A stretch of DNA of 64,000 nt, taken from contig NC_043001.1 of NCBI RefSeq assembly GCF_006345805.1, positions 35,464,001 through 35,528,000 on the forward strand. The letters run 5' to 3'. Source of the DNA: Octopus sinensis (lineage: Eukaryota). Made by a program: the position numbers and the translations under genes. Shown in pieces: positions 25,551 to 39,010 of the stretch. The notes below the pieces were generated by a model. That model was not told the DNA's origin. It saw nothing but the letters and a program-made list of their open reading frames with translations, and ran no database searches. The first letter of the stretch is position 1. The number at the start of each line of letters is the position of its first letter.

Positions 25551-25670
25551 CCTATTTCTCCCCGTCTCTCACATACACACTTACACAACAATTGTAATCA
25601 AGTAAGGGTTCATATGACAAAAAAGGGACCCAAGAGTCAATTTATACATGTACAATTTTACAGATATATT

Positions 25671-25709
<39 letters not shown>

Positions 25710-26136
25710 ACATGGAGAGTATTACAGTGTAGAGGATACATACACAGAAAACACAAACACTCACTCGTTGCCGTTCATCAGACAGTTTAAATGGAACATA
25801 TACATGTAGATTACATACACACACACACACACACACCACACACACATATATATATAATATATATATATATACATATATATCGATGTACGCGTACACATGT
25901 GTCAATATATAATATATACATATATACATGTATAAATACAAATAAATAAACACACATACACACATATATCCAACTTAACATGGATGCCTTCTTAGAACTG
26001 CGAATTCTGCATTATTAGCCTTGACAGATCCTCTCATATGGTGCATTATAGCCCACACACTTATCGTGGAGAGGAAATTATCTCTCATGATATATATACA
26101 TACATGAATATATACATACATACATACATACATACA

Positions 26137-26170
<34 letters not shown>

Positions 26171-26172
26171 CA

Positions 26173-26208
<36 letters not shown>

Positions 26209-26534
26209 TGTATGCATGTATGTACACTGCATGTGCATTTCATTTCTAAATGATATGCAAAATAGCTCTTTCCGAATTGCATATGCATAGACCACCTGAA
26301 ATGCACAAAAGTTCATTAAAGCATGAAAAAATTCGCAATGACGAATAATTTGAATGTGCATTTGCTACGATGATAATTATGGCAAATTTAGTGTTTAGAA
26401 TTCTAATTTTGCATGTTCTGAATTGTGTATGGGAATAAATAAATTTTGTGGTTGCCAGCAGAACATCGATCATGATTATTGTTTGAGTTACAGAGATAAA
26501 TGAAAGACAGAGAAAAGTCTAGATACAAACACAT

Positions 26535-26581
<47 letters not shown>

Positions 26582-26607
26582 ATATATTATTATATATATA
26601 TACACAT

Positions 26608-26645
<38 letters not shown>

Positions 26646-26666
26646 CTATATCATATATATATATAT

Positions 26667-26755
<89 letters not shown>

Positions 26756-26774
26756 ATATATATAATAATTTTTC

Positions 26775-27317
26775 CCTAGTTTCAGCTCAGAGCTGCGGCC
26801 ATGCTGATGCAACGCCGTTTGTTGCTACACTGTTATTGCGAAGACCTCGTCTAATATGTGCACTTGGTGAAGAATGGAGTTTGATATAGCTACTCTCATT
26901 TGCACCTTTGCCGTGAGGTAGTTCATCTGGGACTCTTGACAGGAAGATCCAGCTTTGATTTAAAAACCGCTACATCTACTTTGTGCAAGTCCCTTAGACT
27001 CTTTGGGAGAATATTAAAAGCTGTGGGCCTTGAAACCCACGCTTTTGCAGTAGCTGGTCCTGAGCGTGATGGCATTGCTGGGATCTTTGGCACTATGCAG
27101 TGTCGTCCCGTTCTAGCATTGGTGTAGCTTACAATGCCAAAATTTGGCACAATTCCTTCCAGGATTTTCCAGACATATATTACTGCATACCTCTCCCGTC
27201 TTCTCACCAGGGAGTAGAGTCTTAGCTGTTTCAACCTTTCCCAGTAGCTGAGCTGTTGCAAAGAGACGATCTTCTTTGTGAATCTTCTCTGGATTGCTTC
27301 AAGGTCCGCTGTTAATT
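26775..27317 (-). mobile_element. 3' fragment of CR1/L2-type LINE ORF2
   Basis: LEAIQRRFTKKIVSLQQLSYWERLKQLRLYSLVRRRERY is the typical CR1/L2-group post-RT motif; frameshifted downstream; same 3' tail as 7757-8079; 5'-truncated within (TA)n. Confidence 0.9.
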
Positions 27318-27362
27318 ATATATATATAATATATATATATATAATATATATAATATATATAT

Positions 27363-27560
27363 ACTCTTTACTCTCTTTAACTCTTTTACTTGTTTCAGTC
27401 ATTTGACTGCGGCCATACTGGAACACCGCAAGACTTATTGTTTGCAAGCCTAGTACTTATTCTAGCGGTCTCATTTGCCGAACCGCTAATTTACGGGGAC
27501 ATAAACACACCAGCATCGGTTATCAAGCGATGTTGGGTGGGCGGACAAACACAAACACAC
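27363..27560 (-). mobile_element. Family B SINE 3' half
   Basis: TTTTACTTGTTTCAGTCATTTGACTGCGGCCAT tail. Confidence 0.85.
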
Positions 27561-28145
27561 AAACACATACATACACACACACACATATACACACACACAT
27601 ATATCCATACATACATATATTTGTATGTATAAAAGAACGCACAAATACGTGTACGTACCTATATGAATGTATTCAAGTATCGTGATGGAGTGAATGCCGA
27701 AGAGAAAGAAAAGAGCAACTGGATGAGTAAGAAACACGTGACATAGTACTTCCCTGGATGGACGTCACCACGAGTTGAGTTAAGAGGGAAGGGGTGATCA
27801 TGGTGTTTAGAGAGGGTTCGTTGCCCGCTGTGCTCACGGTAGTGAAGGGTACTAAGAGCTAAGTGTGTGAGTCATCCATAATTTTATACATATGGACAGT
27901 TTTCCATCAGTTTCCACAATGAGACAAAACAGTATGACGATGTTATAAGGCTATAAGTTACAGATACATTCCTTTTGATGCGATTCTGTACAGATTCTCT
28001 TTACCCTATTTCACCCAGAAGCTTATGGCTCCACCCGTGGTTTCAAAATATTACTTCTGTTGAATTCGCGATAACACAGGACCACCATTATGCTTGACAA
28101 ATTTCATAACTACATATGTATATATATATATATATATTATATATA

Positions 28146-28206
<61 letters not shown>

Positions 28207-28210
28207 TACT

Positions 28211-28334
28211 TTTCTAGTCTACGCACAAGACTCAACATTTTGGGGAGAAGGCCAGTCGATTACATCGACCCCATTGCGTAACTGGTACTTAATTTATCGA
28301 CCCCGAAGGGATGAAAGGCGAAGTCAACTTCGGC
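28211..28334 (-). mobile_element. Family A SINE 3' fragment (second tail type)
   Basis: GTCGATTACATCGACCCC...TTTATCGACCCCGAAGGGATGAAAGGC. Confidence 0.85.
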
Positions 28335-28979
28335 TCAACAACGACTAAATAAAGAGGCTACATTTATTGAACATACAAACCCAGAAATTAACATGAACCT
28401 ATAATGGACATCACAAATAAAAAAAAAAAACAATCAGAAAAAGGGAAAATAAGATTTACCTCCCCTTAGGTATGAAATATTATATCCACTGATTATCCCT
28501 TTTGCTAAAAAACCTTATATTTAATGATTATTCCCTCTGAGCTATACTCTCCTGTATAACTGCAAAACTGTCATACTTGCTTCTATGCAAGATTATATCA
28601 GAAACTTATTATTATTTCAAAACACTGAGTCACGATTAGCGAAGTGAAACCGGTCGACTCTGTAAATATTGTAATGGGTTAAATAAATTTACCTACACAA
28701 AGAAGATTTCTGTGCTTTTTCACATTAAGTCTTATTTTTTTATATGCGTGTGAGTGTGTGTACAAATACATATGCGTGTGTATACAAATACATGCGTGCT
28801 TGTGTGTGTACGTAAGTATATATATATATATAGATATATGAATGTATACGTGTATTTATGTATGAATATATGTATGTCCATATAGATATATATATATAAT
28901 ATACACAGACACAAACCCACACAAACACACACATACATAGATAAATATATATCATTATACATATATATCTGTGTGTATA

Positions 28980-29358
28980 TTCTTTTATTCATTTATTTGT
29001 TTCGGTGATTTGACTGTGGTCATGCTGAAGCACCACCTTTCGTCGAACAAATCTACCCCAGGACTTATTCTTTGTAAGCCTTTTATTTACTCTATCGGTC
29101 TCTTTTGCCGAACCGCTAAGTTACGGGGACGTACATGCCCCAATATCGCTCGTCAAGTGATGGTGGTGGGACAAACAGACACAAACATATACACACATAC
29201 ACACGTTGTTTATATATATATATACGACGGGCTTCTTTCAGTTTCCGTTTACCAAATCCACTCACAGTAGTAGAAGACACTTGCCCAAGGTACCAGGCAA
29301 TGGGACTGAATCCAACCCATGTGTCAGGTTAACAAGCTACTTATCACACAGTCGCTCT
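28980..29358 (-). mobile_element. Family B SINE, near full length
   Basis: Tail, internal microsatellite and head all present. Confidence 0.85.
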
Positions 29359-29420
29359 TATATATATGCGTGTGTTGTGCTTGTGTGTGTTTATATATAT
29401 ATATATTATATGTAGAAAAA

Positions 29421-29617
29421 TACAAACGGGGACAAGAACGTAAAACATTTAGAAGACGATACAAAAAACACGGACGGGACATTCGAAGCCTTCAATCTTC
29501 AGTCAAGAACCGGATCGTCCTAGCAATTTCGGCTGATTAACATTAAGATCGCTCCGATCCGGCCAGCCCCAAGGAAAAACTAATCTACGTGCATTAGATT
29601 TCTTGGAAGAAGGATCG
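29421..29617. repeat. Family E repeat copy
   Basis: Homologous to 5791-5990. Confidence 0.8.
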
Positions 29618-29964
29618 TATATATATAATATATACATTATATATATATATAATAATATATATATATATAATATATAGAGAGAGAGAGAGAGAGGAGAGGA
29701 GAAGAGAGAGAGAGAGAGAGAGAGAGGGAGGAGAGAGATAAAACTTATTTGGAAGCGGGTGCGTGGCATTCACTCCACCATCGGCCATCTTTCTCCTTCT
29801 CCTTCTATCTTGAGTTTCTTTCTTTCTCTCCGATGTAGCTGGAACAAGGAAGACGTGTTCCTGTCTGTCTCCTTTCCAGTCTTCATTTACGAGTTCGCCA
29901 CCACAACCTCGTTTAGTCTTAGCAGCCCTTCCTGTTTGTTTTTCACTGTCCTATTTGTGTTACT

Positions 29965-30185
29965 TCCACAAAATTCCAAATTTAATTTAATTTTTTTTTT
30001 GCGGGAGCAACTGTTTATCGAAAGTAGAAAAACAACCAACAACTGATGAAAGATCGTTCTTTATGTTGTTTGTCTTGTTTTCCATTTGTGTCTTTTGTTG
30101 TTCGAAAAAATTATTCATATTCCATGCACTCGTACTTCGTATTATTTGTTGTACACGTTTCGTGACATCCTGTGCCCACATATGC
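29965..30185. repeat. Family F dispersed repeat
   Basis: Inverted homologue at 44830-45105; both begin GCATATGTGGGCACA next to TA-rich tracts; both contain CTGATGAA. Confidence 0.8.
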
Positions 30186-31516
30186 ATATATATATACTAC
30201 TAATATAGGATGAAGCTTTTTTACAGAAAAAAATTCCATAAAAAAATGTGGCAGCATATTAAAATACCTTTAAGGTTAAAATTATAAACAACTTATAAAT
30301 AAGGGCTAAAGAAAATTATTTCTATGCCAATATGCTGATAACAGACTTTTAAATCGTCAATTTCCACATATTATTTACTCGCTACAGAAAACACGTAGAG
30401 CTAAAAACGAGGAAAGCCAGAAAAAATTCTTGAGAACACATTCTTCGTGGTAATGGCGATTTGACCTCTATGTTTAGCATATAGGGTGTCCACTTTAGTG
30501 GTCATTCCTCTAAATTTTGTTTGTATCACAATGTTTAATCATCATATTTTTTAAATATGCTAAAACGATGGTTTTAATTGATTAACATCAATTTCTACCG
30601 TCGTTATTTAATTTTATATACCTATACGTATAGATGTAAGTATGTACAAATACGTACGTATATGTGATTATATATATTATTTATATTATTATATATATGA
30701 ATATGCGTGTGTAGTGCTTATGTGTGTATATATGTATAGATATATGTGTGTTGTGTGTGTGTGTGTGTGTGTGTACCTATGTATATTGCGCGCATACATA
30801 CTCCATAAAGACCAATAAATGTAAATAGAGCGAAAAATCAGAGAGAGAGGAATGCAGAGAGAAGGAGAGCATTTTGGAAGGCGTATCACACAGCACATAT
30901 GCAAGTTCCCTCAAAGCATGTACGGGATTAAATTGCGCTACATTTTGTAGTCCTTGGGGACAGCTTTTGCACCATAAACATAAGTTTAATATCTTCATGA
31001 CATATACCAATCTGAAGATTGGTATACGCCAGATTGATATGGAAATACAGCATTTGAATGGAGTAGGTTTCTTTTCTCTTATATTTCTTCCATTTTGCGT
31101 GTCTGTGTGCGTCACTGCAAGCGTCACGTCTGTGATTTGAGTATGTATCCATATGCAACTGCGTATGCAAGTGTGCACGCGTACATAAACATAAGCATGC
31201 ATTAAGGAATACCTGCGTATCAAACCTCTTGTCTTTTCCCATTAAGCATGCGTGAACGTATTCATGCATACCTGCTCAGATGCACACTCTCGCGATATGT
31301 ATATATATGTATGTGCATGTGTGCATGTGATATATATATATATTATATATATATATATATATTATATAATATTATATATACATATATATATACTATATAT
31401 ATATATATGTATTATATAATATATATATATATATATATATAATATGTATGTATATGTATATATACATATACATATACATACATATATACATATATATATA
31501 TTACATGTTAATGTAT

Positions 31517-31557
<41 letters not shown>

Positions 31558-32075
31558 GAAAGAGAGAGAGAAAGAGAGCTAGCTAGCTAGATAGATAGAT
31601 AGATAGATAACTAAATAGATATGTATGTATATATGTATGTATCTAAATATATATATACATGTATGTGTATGTGTGTATATATATATATATATATGCATAT
31701 GTACGTCTGTGCATATTCTCGGTTTTTGTGTATGTGTGCGTACGAATGTGTGTATGCGTGTGTGTGTGTGTGTGGTGTGTGTGTGTGTATTTTTATCCAT
31801 GAAAATTCAGTGGCACATAGTTATAGACATTTAAACAGGTGTCTAGCTTTGCCGGTTCACACAGATGGATATATTTATGTCGCAATAAAAGATAGAATGA
31901 CATTACATGCATATCAACTATTTTAATTGTTCAAGCGTCCAGAAACACATCATTAGCGAAAACACACACTCGCTATTAGGAAGAATTGCATGTATACGAG
32001 AGTGTGCACAGACGCGCATACATGAATATATAGCGCCATTACTTGCTTACATCCCTTTTTTCAATATACATATAT

Positions 32076-32108
<33 letters not shown>

Positions 32109-32893
32109 TCTGTATGTTTTCAATTATGCACGGTCATGTCCACAAACGCACAAACACATATACATTTACACACATATCCATATAAATAAATACACACGTT
32201 TGTGTACGTGAATGAGTATGTGTTTATATCTGTATGTGTATATGTGTGTATGTAGGTATATGTAGAACTATGTATGCTAGTGCACGTGTACACTTGCCAT
32301 TGCCAAATGAACCATTTTCGTTAATGGCCTGTGAAAACAGTATTAGATATTCGATGCTGATTCTGTGAAAAAGAAAGTAAAACAAAAGCTACTATTGACA
32401 AACAGAGCGAGGGAAAGAGTGACAGAGTGAGGGTGAGAGAGGGCGACAGAGAGGGTGAGAGAATGGGAGAAAATGGGAGGGTACGTTGACGCCTGCTGAG
32501 AGAGCAAGTTTTAATGTCTCCACTGGACACGGAACTACGGGAGGGAGAAGGAGAGGTCGGTAAGAGAACAGAAGAGGCGTGAGTGAGAGACTGATAGAAA
32601 TCATGATTAATGAAGATATGGTTAATAACTCGACATTTCAACTAAAATGACTGTTACATATGTCCTATCACGGGAATATTATTCCACCACCACCACCACC
32701 ATCACCAACACCACTACCATCACCACCACTACTAATACTGCAAACTACCATCATAATCACAAACGAACTAGCGAGAGTTACTCTAACAGGTCATTCGCAA
32801 AAGCAGCTAAATTTCTCTTAAATCTTGTATTATCGTTCGAAGGAATGCAAAGGCACACGCCATGATGTAGTTTTAGTTTACCTGTGCCTCGAT

Positions 32894-33165
32894 TTAAAAT
32901 GAAAGTTTTTCGAATGTAGGTCAGCTTCTATCGTTTGCAAGTGCACATTTAAATAATAGAACTGAATTATTTTGCGAGTGTTCAAATGAAAGAAAGTACA
33001 TGTACGAAATCCGGCGGTCCTTTGTCAATATCTATTAAAATGAAAGATTTTCGAATGTGGTTCAGTTCATATCGTATTCAAGTGCAGGTTTAAATTGAAG
33101 AACTAAATTATTTCACAAGAGGGCAAGTGAATGGAAGCGCATGTTACAAAATCTGGTGGTCAGTC
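32894..33165. repeat. Diverged tandem duplication, period 141 bp
   Basis: TTAAAATGAAAGwTTTTCGAATGT at 32894 and 33035, with colinear matches following. Confidence 0.85.
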
Positions 33166-33173
33166 TCGTATTT

Positions 33174-33588
33174 TATTTCTTTACAACCCACAATGGGCTA
33201 AACACAGAGGGGACAAACAAGGACAGTCAAACGGATTAAGTCGATTACAACGACCCCAGTGAGTAACTGGTACTTAATTTATCGCCCCCGAAAGGATGAA
33301 AGGCAAAGTCGACCTCGGCAGAATTTGAACTCAGATCGTAGCTGCAGACGAAATACCTATTTCTTTACTACTCACAAGGGGCTAAACACAGAAGGTACAA
33401 ACCGGGACAAAGGGATTAAGTCGATTACATCGACCCCAGTGCGTAACTGGTACTTAATTTATCGACTCCGAAAGGATGAAAGGCAAAGTCGACCACGGCG
33501 GAATTTGAACTCAGAACGTAACGGCAGACGAAAAATACGGACTACGCATTTCACCCGGCGTGCTAACGTTTCTGCCAGCTCGCCGCCT
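33174..33588 (-). mobile_element. Family A SINE dimer
   Basis: One head, two core+tail units. Confidence 0.92.
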
Positions 33589-34051
33589 TCTTTGTCAGTT
33601 TCTATCAGCCAAGCACGAGAGAAGAAACTTATCCGTGCTTTGCCAAATCTACGTGGATTATATTTATATGATGAGATATTTTCCGTTTGTAGAGGTAAAG
33701 AATAAGGAGAATAAGTCTAATTCACAGAACTGAGGACGAGACAAAATCGAAAGTTCAGATAGTACGAGACACAGTTGATGATACGCACGTATCCATGAAT
33801 TCATTTTTATTTATGAAGTAGCATGAATACTAGCTTAAATGATAAAGACATCGACTATGGCTCATGGTCAGTTTTGTGGCACAATATGGCCGGTCGATCA
33901 CTGTGGGCATATCTGTTGATATAGATAGGAGGGATGTCAAAAATAAGCATAAAACTCCTTTCGATATATATACAGTTCTGTATTTAAGAGATGAGGAATT
34001 ATGTACATTATTTACATTCGACGGATATTTGTCCTCATCTTGTTTGTTGTT

Positions 34052-34097
34052 AGCACAACATTTCGGCTGATATACCCTCCAGCCTTCATCAGGTGTC
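34052..34097 (-). ncRNA. Penelope-type minimal type I hammerhead ribozyme motif
   Basis: Minus strand GACAC-CUGAUGA-A-GGCUG(10 nt)CAGCC-GAAA-UG-UU-GUGCU: intact core, perfect 5-bp stem II, 4/5 stem I. Confidence 0.7.
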
Positions 34098-34144
34098 TTG
34101 GGGAAATTTGTAACTATTGAAAATATTGCATCTATATAGAAATT

Positions 34145-34248
34145 CGAGCTGGTAAAATCGTTAGTGCGTCGAACAAAATGCTTAGCGGCAATTCTTTAAA
34201 AATGGCGGTGCTCCACCATGGCTATAGTCAAATGACTGAAACAAGTAA
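34145..34248 (+). mobile_element. Family A head joined to family B/LINE tail
   Basis: GAGCTGGTAAAATCGTTAG...ATGCTTAGCGG, then GGCGGTGCTCCACCATGGCTATAGTCAAATGACTGAAACAAG. Confidence 0.75.
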
Positions 34249-34349
34249 TATATATATATATATATATATATGCGTGCATGTGTGTGTGTGTTACATGTGC
34301 AAATACCCAGGTTATTATTAACTGCATTAAATGCACACACACACACACA

Positions 34350-34394
<45 letters not shown>

Positions 34395-34631
34395 CTCACC
34401 GGTGCTGTCATTTATGTAGTGCTCATTTCACATATTTTGCGTTGTTTCAACTATGTGGGCTTTTTTGGAGTGATCTGCTACTTGATGACTTTCACTGCCA
34501 AATAAGTGCTGGACTTTATAGTCGATGATAAGTAATACGGTAGTCTTTGGATATTCCTAAGTGGACATCTCTTCATACATTTACAAATTCTCAATACCCC
34601 GCTTGAGCTAGATTATTATTATTATCATTAA

Positions 34632-34666
<35 letters not shown>

Positions 34667-35574
34667 TATTATTATTATTATTATTATTATTATCATTTTG
34701 CTTTGTTCTTTGCTTGTTTCCTAGTTTTCCATGTGGCTTAGTTTTCAGTTATAAGACTTGAATAGACTACCTGAAGAGTTTCGAATTCAATAAGATAAAC
34801 ATATTTCACTTAATGCCATCACAACGAATGAGTTCATTGCGAATGTTCTATTCTGCACCAATTAAATTTCTCTGAAGGGCAATCAATTATTAAGTCGACG
34901 GGAAACCAAGGTAGAAAGCATTCGAAAGAACGTTCTTTATTCATTCGCTGAGGTATGTATACGAGACAATTTCCACAACCAATTAAATTTCGAACATATT
35001 CCAATTTAGTTCAATATTTCTACACCTCTGATTTGCTCATTCACTTCCTCTCATACTTTTACCCCACACGCGCGTGCACACACACTTACACATGCACTCT
35101 CACACTCTCTTTCTCTCCCCCACACACTTTCTCTCTCTCTCTCTCACACACACACAATCTCACATTCTCTTCCTCACCCTCACATTCTCCGTCTCTCTTT
35201 CACATACACATATTCTCTCTCTTTCTCCCTCTCTCTCTCTCTACCCCGTTCTCTCTCTTTCTCCCTCTCAGACACTCAATCTCTCTTTCTCTACTTCTCT
35301 ATGTCTATATCACTTATTTGTACTTTAAATGCCAGTACTTTTCTACCTGAAGTACCTTCTTTATATTATTTTTGCCATGAATTTACCACTCGCTGTATAT
35401 TTCACAATCACTTTTTGACCCTCACTGTGAGTCTCTTGTTTTTCTTTTTTTTCTTTTGTTTCATTTCTCACTCTTTCCCTAACTCAGTGTATTTTTTAAC
35501 TCTTTCGTATTTACAGTAATACCGGAAATCTAGTTTCATCCACCTTTTTTTCTTGATCTATCTAACTTTTGCGT

Positions 35575-35826
35575 AAGCGCATGGCTTAGTGGTTAGGATG
35601 TTGTTCTCATGATCGTAAGACTGTGGTTTCGATTCCTGAGATCGGGTGACGCATTGGGTTCTTGAGCAAAACACTTCATTTCATGCTGCTCTAATCCACT
35701 CCAGTCCTCTCAGCTGGCAAAACGAGCAACCCTGTGACGGCCTAGAATCCTGTCCAGGTGGTGAATATACACGCCGGGAAACTGGCCCTTATGAGTCGGC
35801 ATTATTCGAGAAGGTATGTTTACCTT
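35575..35826 (+). mobile_element. Family C SINE (tail type 2)
   Basis: TGGCTTAGTGG A-box, GGTTTCGATTCC B-box, TTCTTGAGCAAAACACTTCATTTCA core. Confidence 0.85.
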
Positions 35827-36081
35827 ATTATTATCATTTATTTATTATTCTCTATCTTTTCACCTCAATGATATACCTACTGTAAACTCAGAGCAAAGAA
35901 TTCTGTCGAGATAGAAAAACAAAACTCTCAACTCTTAACTGAAACCAGCCACACTACAAATTATCTGAACCGTTACAACTCTTAACGAGGAATAATATTA
36001 AGATATCAATTCAATGGTTTAACATTTGGCAGTTGCTAGCAAACAAAGATTTTCCAGTTGGAAAAAGCGTTGAGCGAGGAA

Positions 36082-36142
36082 TGACACGTCCATTATACAA
36101 AACGGCGCGGAGGATATTGGACACCGGAAGTGATAGGGGCGG
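36082..36142. promoter_or_regulatory. Possible promoter/enhancer motif cluster
   Basis: TGACACGTC at 36082, GGCGCGG at 36104, ETS site ACCGGAAGTG at 36123-36132, GC box GGGGCGG at 36136-36142. Confidence 0.3.
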
Positions 36143-36482
36143 ATGTACTATTTTGTATTTCATTATATTATTTTTAGGCAAACAGAGCTCATTACCAACA
36201 GAGGGTGGGTATCTCTGGTACATTGTAACAGCTACCAGTCTACGTGTATAAATATTGAGATATAAAAGAGTTACTGTTGTAGAAACTGGTCCAAGAGCTC
36301 TGTTACACTTTTTTTTTTAATTAACACGATCTACCTATATTTGCTTGTGTATATTTGCATGTATATATTAACGTTTGAATCTGATATTACATACACCTCA
36401 TAGGTCTTTTAAGAACCCGTCTTTATTGTTGATCTTCTTGTCGACTTTTTTTTCCTGTATTAGAAAACGGTAACGGTGTCAT

Positions 36483-36545
<63 letters not shown>
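36483..36545. repeat. (TAG)n microsatellite
   Basis: Visible directly. Confidence 0.95.
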
Positions 36546-37086
36546 ATGCTGTTGATTTTGTTATTGTTGCTGTTGCTTCTGCTTCCCTTCATCCCTCCGA
36601 GAGTGAGTCATATGCATCTGTTTATATTGTAAGTAGACCTGTTTTCATATCGTGAGATCATGTCTGTTAATAAATTAAGCAAGGTTCCAAAATCTGTATG
36701 TCTATCTGCATATACATACATACAAACACACACACACAGACACACGCATACACACATAAATATCTATATACTATATACATATACGCATATGAATACAAGA
36801 GTGTGTATATATATATATATATTAACACATTTCCACAAATCACACATAAATGTATATATACGTATATAGATATAATTATATACATATAAATGTATATGTC
36901 TATATATATGCATATACATATGTACATACATATATACATATATATGCATATATATATATATATGTGTATATGTATGTGCGTGTGTGTTTATATATATATA
37001 TAAGGGTATATACATATACATACAGATATAGATAGATATAAACATGTGTACATATATATATATATGCATGTACATATATATATATC

Positions 37087-37151
<65 letters not shown>

Positions 37152-37257
37152 ATTATATATATTCCAAATATATAGAATAATACATATATGTATATAATTA
37201 TATCTATACACATATGTATACATTTGTGCGTATGTGTGGAAATGTGTGTTTATATAC

Positions 37258-37329
<72 letters not shown>

Positions 37330-37671
37330 TATATAATATATATATATGTGCACACATAAAAATACATGTGTAGGTATGTTTCTTGTATGTATATAAAACC
37401 ACATATAGAAGACCTTGCCAACGAATATGTTTAATATGTCTGTATGCGGACTCACACGTGTGTACGTTCAAGCGTGCTCACGAATGAATATGGTTTTGTA
37501 TATGTTATGTGTTCGTCGATATATGCATGTGTATATCTGCATCCTGTAACCTATCCAAAAATTAGATGCACGTGTTGTATACATATAACGTACAAGAACT
37601 TGTACAAGTATATAATATCTCTACGTACGTCCGTACATGTACGCACATATAATTGCATGTCTGCCTGGTTG

Positions 37672-37711
<40 letters not shown>

Positions 37712-38284
37712 CATGCATGAATGAATGTACTAATGTATGTATATATGTATCTGAGTATGGATGTGTATATGTTTTGTACATGTGTAGATTTGCTGTGCCA
37801 ATGCATAAATGAGTACAGTTGACTTCTAACGCCGACTTCTTGGGAATAAAAACATACGAACCGTAGATTAACATTGTCTGATCCGAATGCGTATATGTGT
37901 ATATGAGCAAAACGCCGCCCCCCTCCCGTCCAATGGACGGTGCTGAGTTGTCAAACATTTAAACCAAATTTTCTCAAAACAACTTGTCCGACCGTCCCAT
38001 AGGCCTCCCCTTTTAGAAACACTCATTTAACCTAAATTTGAGACACCAGCAAAAGAAGAAGTAAAGATAGACTTTTTATCTATTCCAAAGAAAAACGATA
38101 TTATTCACACACATATGCAACCGAAGAGTTTAAAGTACCAGTAATGATAAGGCTGTTGACTGGGAGAACAAATATGGTTTAAACAGTAAGCTTGGCAGGA
38201 AAGAAACGTGCCTTTAAGCAGTACAAAAACAACAAAAAATGGAAGGTGCAGTTATGTACAGGTTGACGGAAGAAAAGCAGGGCA

Positions 38285-38467
38285 AAAACGGCTTTATCGA
38301 TCGCATTCTCACCTGGAATCGATTTTTGTAATTTTTTTTTTCAAGACTTATACACGCCCTGATACCGTCGGTATGTACATATCAAATCTGAGCGCAATCG
38401 AATGGAGGATGCCCGAGATCCTAGAAGACACACACACAGATAGACAGAACGGATTTTGTATAATAGA
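38285..38467 (-). mobile_element. Helitron-like non-autonomous element, 5' part
   Basis: Minus strand A|TCTATTATACAAAATCCG, then (TCTG/TG)n and CGATTGCGCTCAGATTTGATATG; 3' hairpin not found. Confidence 0.5.
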
Positions 38468-38593
38468 TCATGTGTCTAGGTTCATGTGTGCATATGCGCT
38501 CGCGTTGATTCCTGAATGTGTGAATTCCTATCCGATTAGATGTGCTTGCGTGCACTTCATGTAGACATGAAATTGTGTTATATTCGTGCATTA

Positions 38594-38814
38594 TGAGGGA
38601 ATGATATAAAGTTCCTGACTTAAACCGTATCGCAAAAAACCTGGCTGGAGGCCCAAATTTCCGAGTTCTTTTAGAGGGCTTAGGAAAACTGAAGGACCGC
38701 TGCAATAAGTGTGTGAATCTGAGAAGGGAATATGTTGGATAAGATAATAATAATTAACTGATCCTCCTGTATTTTCTTTATAACCCAAATCAGGATCTTT
38801 TCAGCACTCCCTCG
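38594..38814 (+). mobile_element. Mariner deletion derivative (MITE)
   Basis: Imperfect TIRs TGAGGGAATGATATAAAGTTCCTG / CAGGATCTTTTCAGCACTCCCTCG with TA flanks; internal EGLGKLKDRCNKCVNLRREYVG* resembles the mariner transposase C-terminus. Confidence 0.85.
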
Positions 38815-38977
38815 TATGTGATGGCAAGGATTTCTGAATGTTTGTCTGCGTGAATTCTTATGCTTTTGGAAGAGCGTGTTTGCAATTCATGTATGGAATT
38901 ATGTATGGAATTTGTGCACTATATACGAAATTCTCAATGTAGGTTTCTTTAAATGCATGAGTGTGTGTCTACGTACT

Positions 38978-39010
<33 letters not shown>

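Noticed and set aside
26113-26215. (TACA)n facing (TGTA)n forming a long pseudo-palindrome (also TATC/GATA at 44228-44400)
   Set aside because: Expected outcome of microsatellite evolution around a self-complementary TA core.
30030-30115. CTGATGA in family F and CTGAAGA...GAAT in family E as hammerheads
   Set aside because: Could not build a convincing stem II plus GAAA and stem I by eye.
31003-31026. Perfect 10-bp hairpin TATACCAATC-TGAA-GATTGGTATA (similar one at 42540-42568)
   Set aside because: Short, isolated and AT-rich, with no supporting context; intrinsic terminators do not apply to a eukaryote.
37905-37935. GC box plus CCAAT motif
   Set aside because: Adjacent sequence looks like a DNA-transposon fragment; insufficient evidence for a promoter.
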